Below the pieces are notes generated by a model. That model saw nothing but the letters and a program-made list of their open reading frames with translations, made no database searches and had not been told where the DNA came from. The position numbers were made by a program, and so were the translations under genes. Below, piece by piece: positions 9,583-17,981 of a stretch of DNA of 64,000 nt. Positions within the stretch are counted from its first letter, which is position 1. Each line of letters opens with the position of its first letter. The stretch comes from Roseburia hominis (lineage in GTDB: Bacteria; Bacillota_I; Bacilli_A; RFN20; CAG-826), in assembly GCA_963642055.1 (NCBI GenBank), contig CAVIFQ010000001.1:33576-97575 (forward strand), in the 5' to 3' direction.

Positions 9583-10569
9583 ATGAAAAAGAAAGTATCG
9601 ATATTCGCTGCGCTTTTACCGATGGTATTTTTGGCGAGTTGCGCAACATCCAAAGCCTCTTCCTCCTCAAGCGTCGCTGCTTACGAAGTTAAATGGGTGA
9701 GCCCTACAGGCACCCCAGCCCTGGCTTTCTACCGCGATGGCTATAACTCCAACTGGGTCTCCAGTTCCTCGCCAGCCGAGGTGGTGGTGCCAGAGTTAAA
9801 GAAAAGCGATTACGATGCCGTGGTGTTTGACGGCATCTCCGGGCTCAACGTCATCAAGAAATCGAACGGGACCTCCAAATACAGACTCGCGGAATGGATC
9901 ACGGGCGGCTCTTTCTACGTCGTGAGCAGCAAGCATAAAAGCGATGAGGCTTTTTTAGCCACAGGAAGCGTTGAAAGCTTCGCGCAAGGCGGCATCGCCT
10001 CAACGGTTTTTGAGAAAATCGCGAAGGAAAAGTGGGGCTTCACTGGGACTATCAACTACGAAGCTGGCGTGGCGGGGGTCAAAAGCACCCTTTTAAAGAA
10101 CAGCGATGCCTATGATTATTACGTCATTGCCGAGCCTTCTTTATACGAAGTCCAAAGCCAAATGGACAATCTCAACATCATCTGCTCTTTGCAGGATGAA
10201 TGGAAAGAGGCAGGATATGGGAATATTCCCGGTGGGGCGCTTTTCATCAACAAGGATAGATATGACGTCTATAAAGACAAAATCGATGCTTTCTGGACGA
10301 GAATGAAGGTGGCAAAAGATAATCTCATCTCCAATCCGTCTGATGCCATCCGTTATCTAAATTCATACGAGAATAACGACAACCACGCGAAAAAACTCGC
10401 CGCTAGATTCGGAATCAGCGATGTTTCTTCTATCGAGTCGTTACAGAAAGACGGCGCGAATAAGCTCAATTTCGTCGCTTCTTCGGAAGTGAGCAACAAA
10501 AAAGCGGTGGCCAATGACTTTGCTGCGGCTTTGGGGTTAGATTCCTACAGTGATGAGCTATTCCTATAA
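9583..10569 (+). CDS. Lipoprotein, probable ABC-transporter substrate-binding protein
   Basis: Signal peptide with lipobox (VFLASC). 328 aa. AAGGAG SD. Immediately followed by an ABC permease. Confidence 0.55.
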   Translation: MKKKVSIFAALLPMVFLASCATSKASSSSSVAAYEVKWVSPTGTPALAFYRDGYNSNWVSSSSPAEVVVPELKKSDYDAVVFDGISGLNVIKKSNGTSKYRLAEWITGGSFYVVSSKHKSDEAFLATGSVESFAQGGIASTVFEKIAKEKWGFTGTINYEAGVAGVKSTLLKNSDAYDYYVIAEPSLYEVQSQMDNLNIICSLQDEWKEAGYGNIPGGALFINKDRYDVYKDKIDAFWTRMKVAKDNLISNPSDAIRYLNSYENNDNHAKKLAARFGISDVSSIESLQKDGANKLNFVASSEVSNKKAVANDFAAALGLDSYSDELFL

Positions 10570-10591
10570 ATAAAAGAAAGAAAAGACGATT

Positions 10592-11425
10592 ATGCGGAGA
10601 AGTAGGCGAAATCGTTACCTCGAAAGCTTGTTTGAGGCGCTCGGTTTCGTCTTTCTTTTGCTTATTTGGCTACTCATTTCGCGTTCTTTGGAGCATCAAG
10701 GAAATTACTTATTCCCAGGTCCCATCGAGGTTTTAAGGAAATTATGGTATCTAGTGAGCGAAGAAGCTTCGCTTACTTTCTCCGCCTTAGGATGGACGAT
10801 TTCAAGGGTTCTCATCGGTTGGAGCATTTCCTTCCTTTTAGGGATGATTTTCGGCACGTTATCGGGGTTATATGAAGGAGCAAGGCGTTTCTTTAAGCCT
10901 TTTATCGTCTTCACGAGGGCGATGCCGACGGCCGCGGTTGCGATTATTGTGATTGCCATCGTCTTCCAAAAAGGTCCTTTACCGGATTTTGTGCCGTCAT
11001 TCCTCGTCTTTTTCGTGGCCTTTCCGCTTATTTATGAGGCTTTCCGTTCTGGTATCGAGAATGAGCCAATCGAAATCATCAATGCGCTTGATCTTGATGG
11101 CGGAGGCCATACGAGTCTTCATTCGATCGTGCGCGTTCTCTGGCCTGATTCATTTCCATACGTCTTATTATCGATTACCCAGAGTTTTGGATTGTCTTTC
11201 AAAGTCGCCATCATGAGCGAAATCATTTCTAACTCGAGCGCGACGCATTTAGGAATCGGTAATCTCATAACGATTTCTAAATCCTATGTCGAGATGGACG
11301 CCGTGATCGCATATTCATTAATTGCCGTCATCTTAGTGCTCTTGATCGACATTCCGCTCAACGCCTTGAATAAGAGATTCGGAGACGATAATCGCTCAGC
11401 GAGCAAAAAGACTGAGTCGAAATAA
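10592..11425 (+). CDS. ABC transporter permease (binding-protein-dependent, NitT/TauT-like)
   Basis: 277-aa polytopic membrane ORF with multiple hydrophobic segments and a permease-type cytoplasmic loop. No ATPase gene is adjacent. Confidence 0.65.
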   Translation: MRRSRRNRYLESLFEALGFVFLLLIWLLISRSLEHQGNYLFPGPIEVLRKLWYLVSEEASLTFSALGWTISRVLIGWSISFLLGMIFGTLSGLYEGARRFFKPFIVFTRAMPTAAVAIIVIAIVFQKGPLPDFVPSFLVFFVAFPLIYEAFRSGIENEPIEIINALDLDGGGHTSLHSIVRVLWPDSFPYVLLSITQSFGLSFKVAIMSEIISNSSATHLGIGNLITISKSYVEMDAVIAYSLIAVILVLLIDIPLNALNKRFGDDNRSASKKTESK

Positions 11426-11488
11426 AATCAGTCTTATAAATAGTCATTCATAGACGTTCATTAATTTAATGGATTTATCTAATTAAGG

Positions 11489-11522
11489 AAAAAGGCCATT
11501 ATATGCATGGAACGCCTTTTTT
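11489..11522. terminator. Terminator after the permease gene (A-tract / hairpin / T-tract, bidirectional shape)
   Basis: AAAAAGGC...GCCTTTTTT with an inner CCAT/ATGG pairing, followed by TTGTTTTT. Confidence 0.55.
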
Positions 11523-11632
11523 GTTTTTGATGATGATATAAATGCCTTGAAATCAGGTATCTGTTTTTGCTTAGATCAATCGGATTTATAGGAGTAAGAA
11601 ACAAGAGAAAATCATAACGAAATCGCATAATA

Positions 11633-11654
11633 GATTAGTAATTAATTAGTAGAT
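11633..11654 (+). repeat. AATTAGTAG-family intergenic motif (GATTAGTAAT + TAATTAGTAGAT)
   Basis: Exact 9-mer AATTAGTAG at 11644-11652, with a degenerate copy 11 nt upstream. Confidence 0.5.
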
Positions 11655-11758
11655 TTTAAAAATGTGTGGAAAAAGGCGAGTTTTCCACAAAAAGGCATTG
11701 TGAATTGTTGTTATGCGATTGGCAAAACACTAGGAAATATCGCGAAACCACTATTATT

Positions 11759-11786
11759 ACTTAACATAATATACATTATGCGAAGT
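11759..11786 (-). other. dif: dif site (XerC/XerD chromosome-dimer resolution site)
   Basis: Minus-strand reading is ACTTCGCATAA TGTATA TTATGTTAAGT. That is 24/28 identical to the E. coli dif as I recall it, with 22 contiguous matches. It lies in the AT-rich gap where the plus- and minus-strand gene blocks converge. Confidence 0.85.
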
Positions 11787-11813
11787 TGTGAATAGAGCCG
11801 TTGTTTTTGTCGA

Positions 11814-11823
11814 AATTAGTAGT
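11814..11823 (+). repeat. AATTAGTAG-family intergenic motif (AATTAGTAGT)
   Basis: Exact 9-mer core followed by a T-rich run, 28 nt from the dif site. Confidence 0.45.
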
Positions 11824-11920
11824 TTTTGTTTTGCGATTTTTCCTATTCGATTTTTCTCTGCGTTTTTTGTGTGGGGTGTGCCGCTATCCCTACTTCCGCT
11901 TTCTGATAACTGCTAAAGGC

Positions 11921-11953
11921 AAACGAAAAGGCTTACCGGATTGTCGGTAAGCC
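11921..11953 (-). terminator. Rho-independent terminator of the rsfS operon
   Basis: Perfect 9-bp stem GGCTTACCG / CGGTAAGCC, followed on the minus strand by TTTTCGTTT. Confidence 0.75.
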
Positions 11954-11984
11954 AACGCCTTCAAATTAATTTAATGAATCAGCC

Positions 11985-12320
11985 CTACTTCAATTTGAGC
12001 TTTTCCTTCGTCTTTTCAATGAGCCCCTCAAGATTGATTTCGTTTCTGATCGAGTCTAAAAAGAGATGGATTATCGTCTCTCCGCAGTCATAGACGATCC
12101 ACCCGGATTCCCCATTCCCGTCTTTTCTTTTGAGCTCCCCACCGTTTTTGATGAGAGTCTCTTCGATATACTCTTCCATTGAGGCGAGCTGTCTCTCATT
12201 CATCGCTGTGCCGAGCAAATAATAATCGGCATAGGGATTGATGTTCTTGAGCGATACGATGCTGACGTCCTCTATTTTGTGCTCCTCGAGCGTTTTCTTC
12301 AGTTCTTCCACCATTTCCAT
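11985..12320 (-). CDS. rsfS: Ribosomal silencing factor RsfS (iojap family)
   Basis: 111-aa ORF with an RsfS-like core (DYYLLGTA.NERQ...WIVYDCGETIIHLF). It is the last gene of the yqeG..yqeL-type operon. Confidence 0.85.
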   Translation of the reverse strand: MEMVEELKKTLEEHKIEDVSIVSLKNINPYADYYLLGTAMNERQLASMEEYIEETLIKNGGELKRKDGNGESGWIVYDCGETIIHLFLDSIRNEINLEGLIEKTKEKLKLK

Positions 12321-12348
12321 GATTCTACTTCCTTTTTCCTTTATATAT

Positions 12349-13341
12349 TTATAGATATGCTTCGTAGCATTCTTGTGACAATAGGCACTTATCCGCTTCT
12401 TCCCCCGCTTTCTCGTGCAAGAATTCGCGGTTGGCCCTTAAGACGCTTATGAATCCTTTCTCGTAGTCCTTTTTGCATTCCTCGATGTAGGAGGCACTGT
12501 CCCATCCGCGCAACGGGTCGATTTTATCGGCGCTGTAGATAATCTGCGCTAAAGGGGGCATCGTCGCATTGCCTGAGCAATGATAACGTATGGCGAAGAG
12601 GATTTCATCGTCATCTATATGGAAATCCCTTTCAGCGTAAATGGCCCCAACGAACTGGTGATAGGCCCAGTTTGGGCAAGAGATAGCTTCTTTTACGCCT
12701 TCTTTTTCTAAAAGCGCTTTACCCTCCTCATCCTTCACGTATTTCCCGATATCGTGGAGAAGCCCCGCGATATAGGCTCGCCCTGGGTTAGAGAGATTAT
12801 TGCTGAGCGCTATCTCATAAGAGAGCAGCGCGACCGATTCGCTGTGACGCAGGCGCTTATCCGTCAGGTATGACGCCACTTTTTGGACATAATAAAGCTT
12901 TTTCTCGTGGATGAGCTTAAGCGCTTCTTTCGATAGCTCGATATAACGCAGCGTGCGGTTATCTTCTTCCGAAGAGAGGAAAGATACCCCCGCTTCCTCG
13001 GGCTTGATGGTCTTAAGGGAAGCGCAATTCACGAAAACCTCTTCTAGCGGCTTCTCGTTATCGGGGCTCACAAGTAGATGTATATCTTCTTCGTTATGCT
13101 TCTTCAGATATTCTTCCAAAGACATATCAAAAAGCGATTTATCGATCTTTAAGGTCGGATTTTCGCTTCCGATTGATGAGGACAATAAATCGATGCGTTC
13201 ATCAAACGAGGCACTAGACGCCTCTTTGAATGGCAAAAAGACGACAGGCGAAGATAAAAGCTTGCCTACGCGCTTCGCATAAGCTAACTCTGAATTAGTG
13301 ACTGGCGAGAATTCGCCTGGATAAAGAAGAAGCTTGTTCAT
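12349..13341 (-). CDS. Fusion of a degenerate NadD-like nucleotidyltransferase domain with a YqeK HD-domain hydrolase
   Basis: 330 aa. The N-terminus YPGEFSPVTNSEL aligns to NadD GGTFDPxHxGHL but lacks the GH residues. The C-terminal half has the HD motif (RLRHS...LLHDIGK) typical of YqeK. Confidence 0.7.
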   Translation of the reverse strand: MNKLLLYPGEFSPVTNSELAYAKRVGKLLSSPVVFLPFKEASSASFDERIDLLSSSIGSENPTLKIDKSLFDMSLEEYLKKHNEEDIHLLVSPDNEKPLEEVFVNCASLKTIKPEEAGVSFLSSEEDNRTLRYIELSKEALKLIHEKKLYYVQKVASYLTDKRLRHSESVALLSYEIALSNNLSNPGRAYIAGLLHDIGKYVKDEEGKALLEKEGVKEAISCPNWAYHQFVGAIYAERDFHIDDDEILFAIRYHCSGNATMPPLAQIIYSADKIDPLRGWDSASYIEECKKDYEKGFISVLRANREFLHEKAGEEADKCLLSQECYEAYL

Positions 13342-13628
13342 CGAGGGAGAGAGATAAGCGGTTTTTCCTCGTTCCGCTTATATAGGAGGATGGTTTTCCC
13401 GGTGATCGCGACAAGCTCGCTTCCGGTTTTCTCGGATATTGCTTCTGCCAAAGAGGAAATTTCCTCCTCACTATTCTGGAGAACCCTTATCTTGATGAGC
13501 TCATGGGCCTTCAAGGCATTATTGAGGGCTTTGATAATCGCTTCATCTATTTCGCCCTTTCCTAGGTTTAACGATGGCTTTAATTTGGCTCCGAGCCCCC
13601 GGAGATACGCTCTATTTTTTGCTAACAT
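13338..13628 (-). CDS. yhbY: RNA-binding protein YhbY (CRM domain)
   Basis: 96-aa ORF (LRGLG..LKP.LNLGK.G......AL..HELIKI) at the yqeI position of the operon. Confidence 0.8.
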   Translation of the reverse strand: MLAKNRAYLRGLGAKLKPSLNLGKGEIDEAIIKALNNALKAHELIKIRVLQNSEEEISSLAEAISEKTGSELVAITGKTILLYKRNEEKPLISLPR

Positions 13629-14793
13629 GGTTATTGATGCTTACTTTGCTCCTGCTTGTGTAGACTGAGACTCCTTTTGGGACATAAAGGCGATAAGTCT
13701 GCCCTTTCCCTTCGAAAGAGAAGAAACCAAGACCTTCGATGCCAATCGATCTTTCTCCTCTTTCCTCGATTTCGATATCGTAGGCGGATAGATCCTTGAT
13801 GCTTCGTATGGCGGCGCTTTTCGGGAGGAATCCTTTCTTATCGATGACTCTCTGAATCGTCTTTTCGACGCCTTTCCCGGCTTTGTTCCGCTTCAATAAG
13901 ACCGAAGGCGGGAAATATAGATGCAGCTCTTCCTCTTCTTTGGGATTCCCTTTCTTTTCAAGAAGTTCCACGAAGGAAATGGCTCCTAAAGAGAGGATAT
14001 CCCCTTTCTCGAGCGTCATTTTCTTATCCGCCAGAGAAGAGAAAGCGAGCAAATCGTCGATGACGCTCTTCTCGATTCGCGCGCCGATATCGTTCCCGCT
14101 TTCTAAAGCCGGGGTATCGTAAAGAGTCGAAGAGGCATCAAGCGGTATCTTGAGGACCGGCGTTTTGCTGCCATGGTAGACGCTTGTTTGCACCGCACGC
14201 GAAGAATTGTTCGTGAAATTATAGAGGAAACTCGAGAAGAAGGCGCTTTTCCCTGCGCCATGCGAGGAAATAACGTAGACGTCGTGCCCTTTTCTCCGCT
14301 TATCGATCTCTTCGCTCAAGCGGCTGCTGTCGGAGAAAAAAGCCAAAGAAACAAGCATCACATCCTCTTTCTTCACGGGGAGGCCCGAGATCCGGAAACG
14401 GTGCGCCACGTATTCCTCTAGTTCCTCATCGCTGCTTAATCCTTTGAACAAGTCGCGCTTATTGGCCAAGACGAGGATCGGATTGCTCTTGATGATCTCA
14501 TTGACCTCTTTGATGAAGGAAGCCTCGAAAGAGAAAGTGTTCACGATATAGACGATGAGAGAGTCGCTCGCTGCGGCATCTTTCATCATGGTGAGAAGAT
14601 CTTCGCTTGCTCCTAAAGACTCATGCCCCAAGGAAAAACCAGCCTCTTTGTAGCATTTGTCGCAGAAAAGGACGCGGTCGAGCGGAGCTTCCAAGAGGCT
14701 CTTGCTTTCGATGTAGCCTTCTTCTTCCTTATGCTCGGCTTGCAGAATCGATCCGCAGTTGGAGCATCTCCTTACGATGTTTACTTTGCTCAT
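13612..14793 (-). CDS. yqeH: Ribosome-biogenesis GTPase YqeH (circularly permuted, N-terminal zinc ribbon)
   Basis: The start at the ATG 14793 (MSKVNIVRRCSNCGS...) forms an ATGA overlap with the yqeG stop. CxxC...CxxC zinc ribbon, NKRDL (G4) before GAGKS (G1). The ORF track start at 14877 lies inside yqeG. Confidence 0.8.
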   Translation of the reverse strand: MSKVNIVRRCSNCGSILQAEHKEEEGYIESKSLLEAPLDRVLFCDKCYKEAGFSLGHESLGASEDLLTMMKDAAASDSLIVYIVNTFSFEASFIKEVNEIIKSNPILVLANKRDLFKGLSSDEELEEYVAHRFRISGLPVKKEDVMLVSLAFFSDSSRLSEEIDKRRKGHDVYVISSHGAGKSAFFSSFLYNFTNNSSRAVQTSVYHGSKTPVLKIPLDASSTLYDTPALESGNDIGARIEKSVIDDLLAFSSLADKKMTLEKGDILSLGAISFVELLEKKGNPKEEEELHLYFPPSVLLKRNKAGKGVEKTIQRVIDKKGFLPKSAAIRSIKDLSAYDIEIEERGERSIGIEGLGFFSFEGKGQTYRLYVPKGVSVYTSRSKVSINNHVSKK

Positions 14794-15320
14794 TTTTCTT
14801 TTCTCTCCGCTTGTTCGCAGAGCCCCCTGTTCTTGATTTTCTTTCGTATCGGCTTTTCCATCTTGCGGTTCAACCAAGTGAAGACGCTGTCCTTTTTCGA
14901 GATTGGCTCAGTCAAGATGACATCGATCCCCGCGCCTTTGGCGGCGATGACGTCGGTGAAAATCTGATCGCCGACGAGGATTATCTCCTCTTTATCATAA
15001 CCGTTTTTCCTGATCCATTTCCTCAATTTGAAGGAAAAAGGCTTCATAAGGCCGCTTGTGGCCTTTATTCCAAGCTTATCGCAATACCTGCTCACCCTTT
15101 TCCCGGTGTTGTTGCTTGCCACATACACCTTGATGCCCTCTTTTTTGAGGGATTCGATAAAGGCGACGGTCTCGCTTGTAGGCTCAGCCACATCCACGGG
15201 ATCAAGCGTATTGTCGAGATCGAAGAGGACGATTTTCTTGCCGATGGCTTTATAAAAGGACGGCGTGATGCTTTTGGCGCTACTCGCGATATAAGTCGGG
15301 AGAAAGAGCTTCTTCATCAT
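14790..15320 (-). CDS. yqeG: HAD-superfamily phosphatase YqeG
   Basis: 176 aa with an HAD motif I DLDNTL and the later GDQIFTD motif. First gene of the yqeG-yqeH cluster. Confidence 0.8.
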   Translation of the reverse strand: MMKKLFLPTYIASSAKSITPSFYKAIGKKIVLFDLDNTLDPVDVAEPTSETVAFIESLKKEGIKVYVASNNTGKRVSRYCDKLGIKATSGLMKPFSFKLRKWIRKNGYDKEEIILVGDQIFTDVIAAKGAGIDVILTEPISKKDSVFTWLNRKMEKPIRKKIKNRGLCEQAERKEK

Positions 15321-17980
15321 TCATCCTCATCGAGCGGATTGAGGGAAATCGCTTCATTTGCGCTTCCTTCTTCGCTCGCTTTGTCTGTTTCCTCTTCTTC
15401 GTCGAAGAGCGAGATCTGCTCGAAATCGTCTTCTTCGCTTTTGATGGATTCGACTGGATCAGTCGCTTCTTCCTCTTTGACGGGCGGAGCGTAACTCACA
15501 ATCGACTCATCGACTCTATCATCATCTTCGCGCCCAAGCGAGACGATACGGTCTTTGACGAGGAATTTATCCGGACGTTTCGCGTATTTCTCGGCTGGGG
15601 TCAAATAGAGGTCAGCAAAGGTAGCGACATAGGATTCGCCACTCGATAAGACGGCATTATAGGAGATAGGCGCTTCTTTGTTTCCGACTTTGAAGGCGGA
15701 GAAAAGAGCGTGTGGCTCGTTTTTGAAGCTATTGAAGAGAGTCGTGGCTTTCTTTAAGCGCGCAGAAAGCGGGATACGTGAGATATCGCTTACGCAGGTA
15801 TAGGCACGGTCGGTGATAAGGAGGATTTTGCTCTTCTCTTCCGGAGCGAAGGCTAGTAAGCAAGAAGCGTCGGCCCCTTTGAAGTTACCGGCTTTGATGC
15901 CACCGCTTCTCGGATTAGTGACCGGGATCTCGTTTTCGTTATAGAAGACCGCCAAACCATTATTGCCCATCACGAGGAGATTGCTGTTGCCACTGGTTAA
16001 GGCGACATCGACCAAAGAATCGGTGAGACCTGATAATTTCATCGCCGAAACGGGCTTGGAGTTTCTCACGAGCGGGAAAGAGGAAAGGCGGATGCGCTTG
16101 ATTTGGCCGCGTTTAGAGAGGAGAGCGATAAATAGATCATCGCGGAACTTCTTCACCGCGAAGCAGCGGACGATTTTCTCGTCTGGCGAAATCGAAACCA
16201 TGGCATTGATATGCCCGCCGATATCGTTCCATTTGACTTCCTTGACTTCGTTAATCGGGATATAGACATAGTTCCCTTTGCTCGTGAAGCCGAGCAAATA
16301 ATCGGTCGTTTTCACTAAAGCGTGATAAACGATGACGTCGCCTGGCTTCGTGCCGGGTTTGGCTCCGTTATTGCCACCGCTTCCAACGAAGCTCTTCACC
16401 GTGCTCCGCTTGATGTAGCCGTCTTTGCTGACGACTAAATGCGTATCTTCTTCGGCAATGAGGTCGCGCTTATCGACGGAGAGATCAAGCCCTGAGGCGC
16501 TTTCGATCTTCGTTCTTCTCTCATCTCCGTATTTCTTCGATATTTCCTTGAGATTCGCGATAATGACATCAAGGATCGCGGAGTGATCTGAAAGGAGCGA
16601 TTTAAGGTAATCGATGTCTTTTTTAAGGGTGTCGCGCTCATTTTCAAGCGTCACTATATCGGTATGGGAGAGTTTATATAAAGGCATCATGACGATAGCC
16701 TCGGCCTGCGGTTCAGAGAAACCAAAGGTGGCTTCCAAATTCGTCTTGCTGTCGGCCTTATCGCGGCTCTTCCTGATGATAGCCACCACTTCGTCTAAGA
16801 TCGAGACGGCTTTGATGAGCCCTTCGACGATTGAGAGGCGGCTCTCTTCTTTGTTCAAAAGGAAGCGGCTTCTTCGCGTGATGACATCGCTTTGATGAGA
16901 GATATAGCAATCGCAATAGGAAAGGAGAGTCATCGTCTGCGGGCGGCGGTCGACGATGGCCACCATATTGGCACTATATCCGCATCGCATATCGGTCTTG
17001 CTCATGAGGTATTTGAGCAAAGACTCTGGTTTGGCGTTGTCTTTGAGGTCAATCGCGATCCTTAAGCCGGTTTTATCGGTCTCGTCGCGCACTTCCTCAA
17101 TCCCCGCCACCGTCTTATCGTGACGGAGCTTATCGATCTGGAAAACGAGTTTGCTTTTGATGACACCATACGGGATTTCGGTGATGATGATCTGCTTCCC
17201 GTCTTCCCCATCGACGATTTCGGCTTTCGAGGAGATGTCGATATGCCCTCTTCCTGTTAGATAAATCGATTTGAGACCATCCGACTCATAAACGATGCCG
17301 CCGGTCGGGAAATCCGGACCCGGGACATAGGAAAGAAGATCTTCCGCCGAGCAAGTTGGATGCTTGATACGGTAGATGATCGCGTTGTTGATTTCTTTGA
17401 GGTTATGCGGAGGGATTTCCGTCGCAATACCGACCGCGATGCCGGTTGAGCCATTGGCGAAAAGATTTGGAAAATAGCTCGGAAGGACGGTCGGCTCTTT
17501 CGAGGAGTCATCGTAAGTGAGCTCCATATCGACCGTTTCCATGTCGAGATCGCGCACGAGTTCATTGGAAATCGCGCTTAATCTGGCTTCGGTATAACGC
17601 GGAGCGGCTGGCTCATCGCCGTCCATCGAGCCGTTGTTGCCCTGGAAATCGACGAGCGGGTAACGTAAGCGCCAATTCTGGGAGAGGTGCGCTAAAGCGT
17701 CGTATATTGAGGCATCGCCATGCGGATGGTATTTACCCATGACGTCACCGACGATATGAGCACTTTTCTTCGTTGGCTTATCAATGGTGTTGCCAGTGAT
17801 CGCCATATCGAAAACGATGCGGCGTTGGACGGGTTTTAAGCCATCTCGAGCGTCTGGTATGGCGCGTTCCTGGATGACGTCTTTGGCGTAAATCCCAAAG
17901 CGCTCGCCCATCAATTCATCCATCGCGGTCAAACTGATATTCTCTATGATTGGGGCTTCTTCTACTTTCTTCTTGGCCAT
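15317..17980 (-). CDS. parC: DNA topoisomerase IV subunit A
   Basis: 887 aa with GLKPVQRRI, YHPHGD and the catalytic AAPRYTEARL Tyr motif. No GyrA-box. The parE-parC pair lies next to plsY as in Bacillus. Acidic C-terminal tail. Confidence 0.85.
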   Translation of the reverse strand: MAKKKVEEAPIIENISLTAMDELMGERFGIYAKDVIQERAIPDARDGLKPVQRRIVFDMAITGNTIDKPTKKSAHIVGDVMGKYHPHGDASIYDALAHLSQNWRLRYPLVDFQGNNGSMDGDEPAAPRYTEARLSAISNELVRDLDMETVDMELTYDDSSKEPTVLPSYFPNLFANGSTGIAVGIATEIPPHNLKEINNAIIYRIKHPTCSAEDLLSYVPGPDFPTGGIVYESDGLKSIYLTGRGHIDISSKAEIVDGEDGKQIIITEIPYGVIKSKLVFQIDKLRHDKTVAGIEEVRDETDKTGLRIAIDLKDNAKPESLLKYLMSKTDMRCGYSANMVAIVDRRPQTMTLLSYCDCYISHQSDVITRRSRFLLNKEESRLSIVEGLIKAVSILDEVVAIIRKSRDKADSKTNLEATFGFSEPQAEAIVMMPLYKLSHTDIVTLENERDTLKKDIDYLKSLLSDHSAILDVIIANLKEISKKYGDERRTKIESASGLDLSVDKRDLIAEEDTHLVVSKDGYIKRSTVKSFVGSGGNNGAKPGTKPGDVIVYHALVKTTDYLLGFTSKGNYVYIPINEVKEVKWNDIGGHINAMVSISPDEKIVRCFAVKKFRDDLFIALLSKRGQIKRIRLSSFPLVRNSKPVSAMKLSGLTDSLVDVALTSGNSNLLVMGNNGLAVFYNENEIPVTNPRSGGIKAGNFKGADASCLLAFAPEEKSKILLITDRAYTCVSDISRIPLSARLKKATTLFNSFKNEPHALFSAFKVGNKEAPISYNAVLSSGESYVATFADLYLTPAEKYAKRPDKFLVKDRIVSLGREDDDRVDESIVSYAPPVKEEEATDPVESIKSEEDDFEQISLFDEEEETDKASEEGSANEAISLNPLDEDE

Positions 17981-17981
17981 C

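Noticed and set aside
11665-11689. Inverted pair of DnaA-box-like 9-mers (TGTGGAAAA / TTTTCCACA) in the AT-rich gap, considered as a possible oriC.
   Set aside because: Gene orientation converges here rather than diverging. A dif site lies 70 nt away. There are only two boxes, they form a simple hairpin, and there is no dnaA, dnaN or rpmH nearby.
6204-11786. The whole 5.5-kb segment between the XerD-arm copy and dif, considered as an integrated Xer-dependent mobile element (IMEX).
   Set aside because: The content is housekeeping (dinB, xerD, deoB), xerD-deoB adjacency is ancestral in Bacilli, and there are no replication or phage genes. Only the half site is reported as an open observation.
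14607-15494. Long plus-strand ORF (295 aa) and similar long antisense ORFs at 43573-44448 (291 aa), 38914-39681 (255 aa), 32806-33462 (218 aa) and 28263-28685.
   Set aside because: Each lies entirely opposite a strongly supported conserved gene (yqeH/yqeG/parC, dnaJ, deoC, glyQS, sigma paralog). They have low-complexity or Arg/Phe/Leu-rich composition typical of antisense frames and lack SDs. I recognised no domains.
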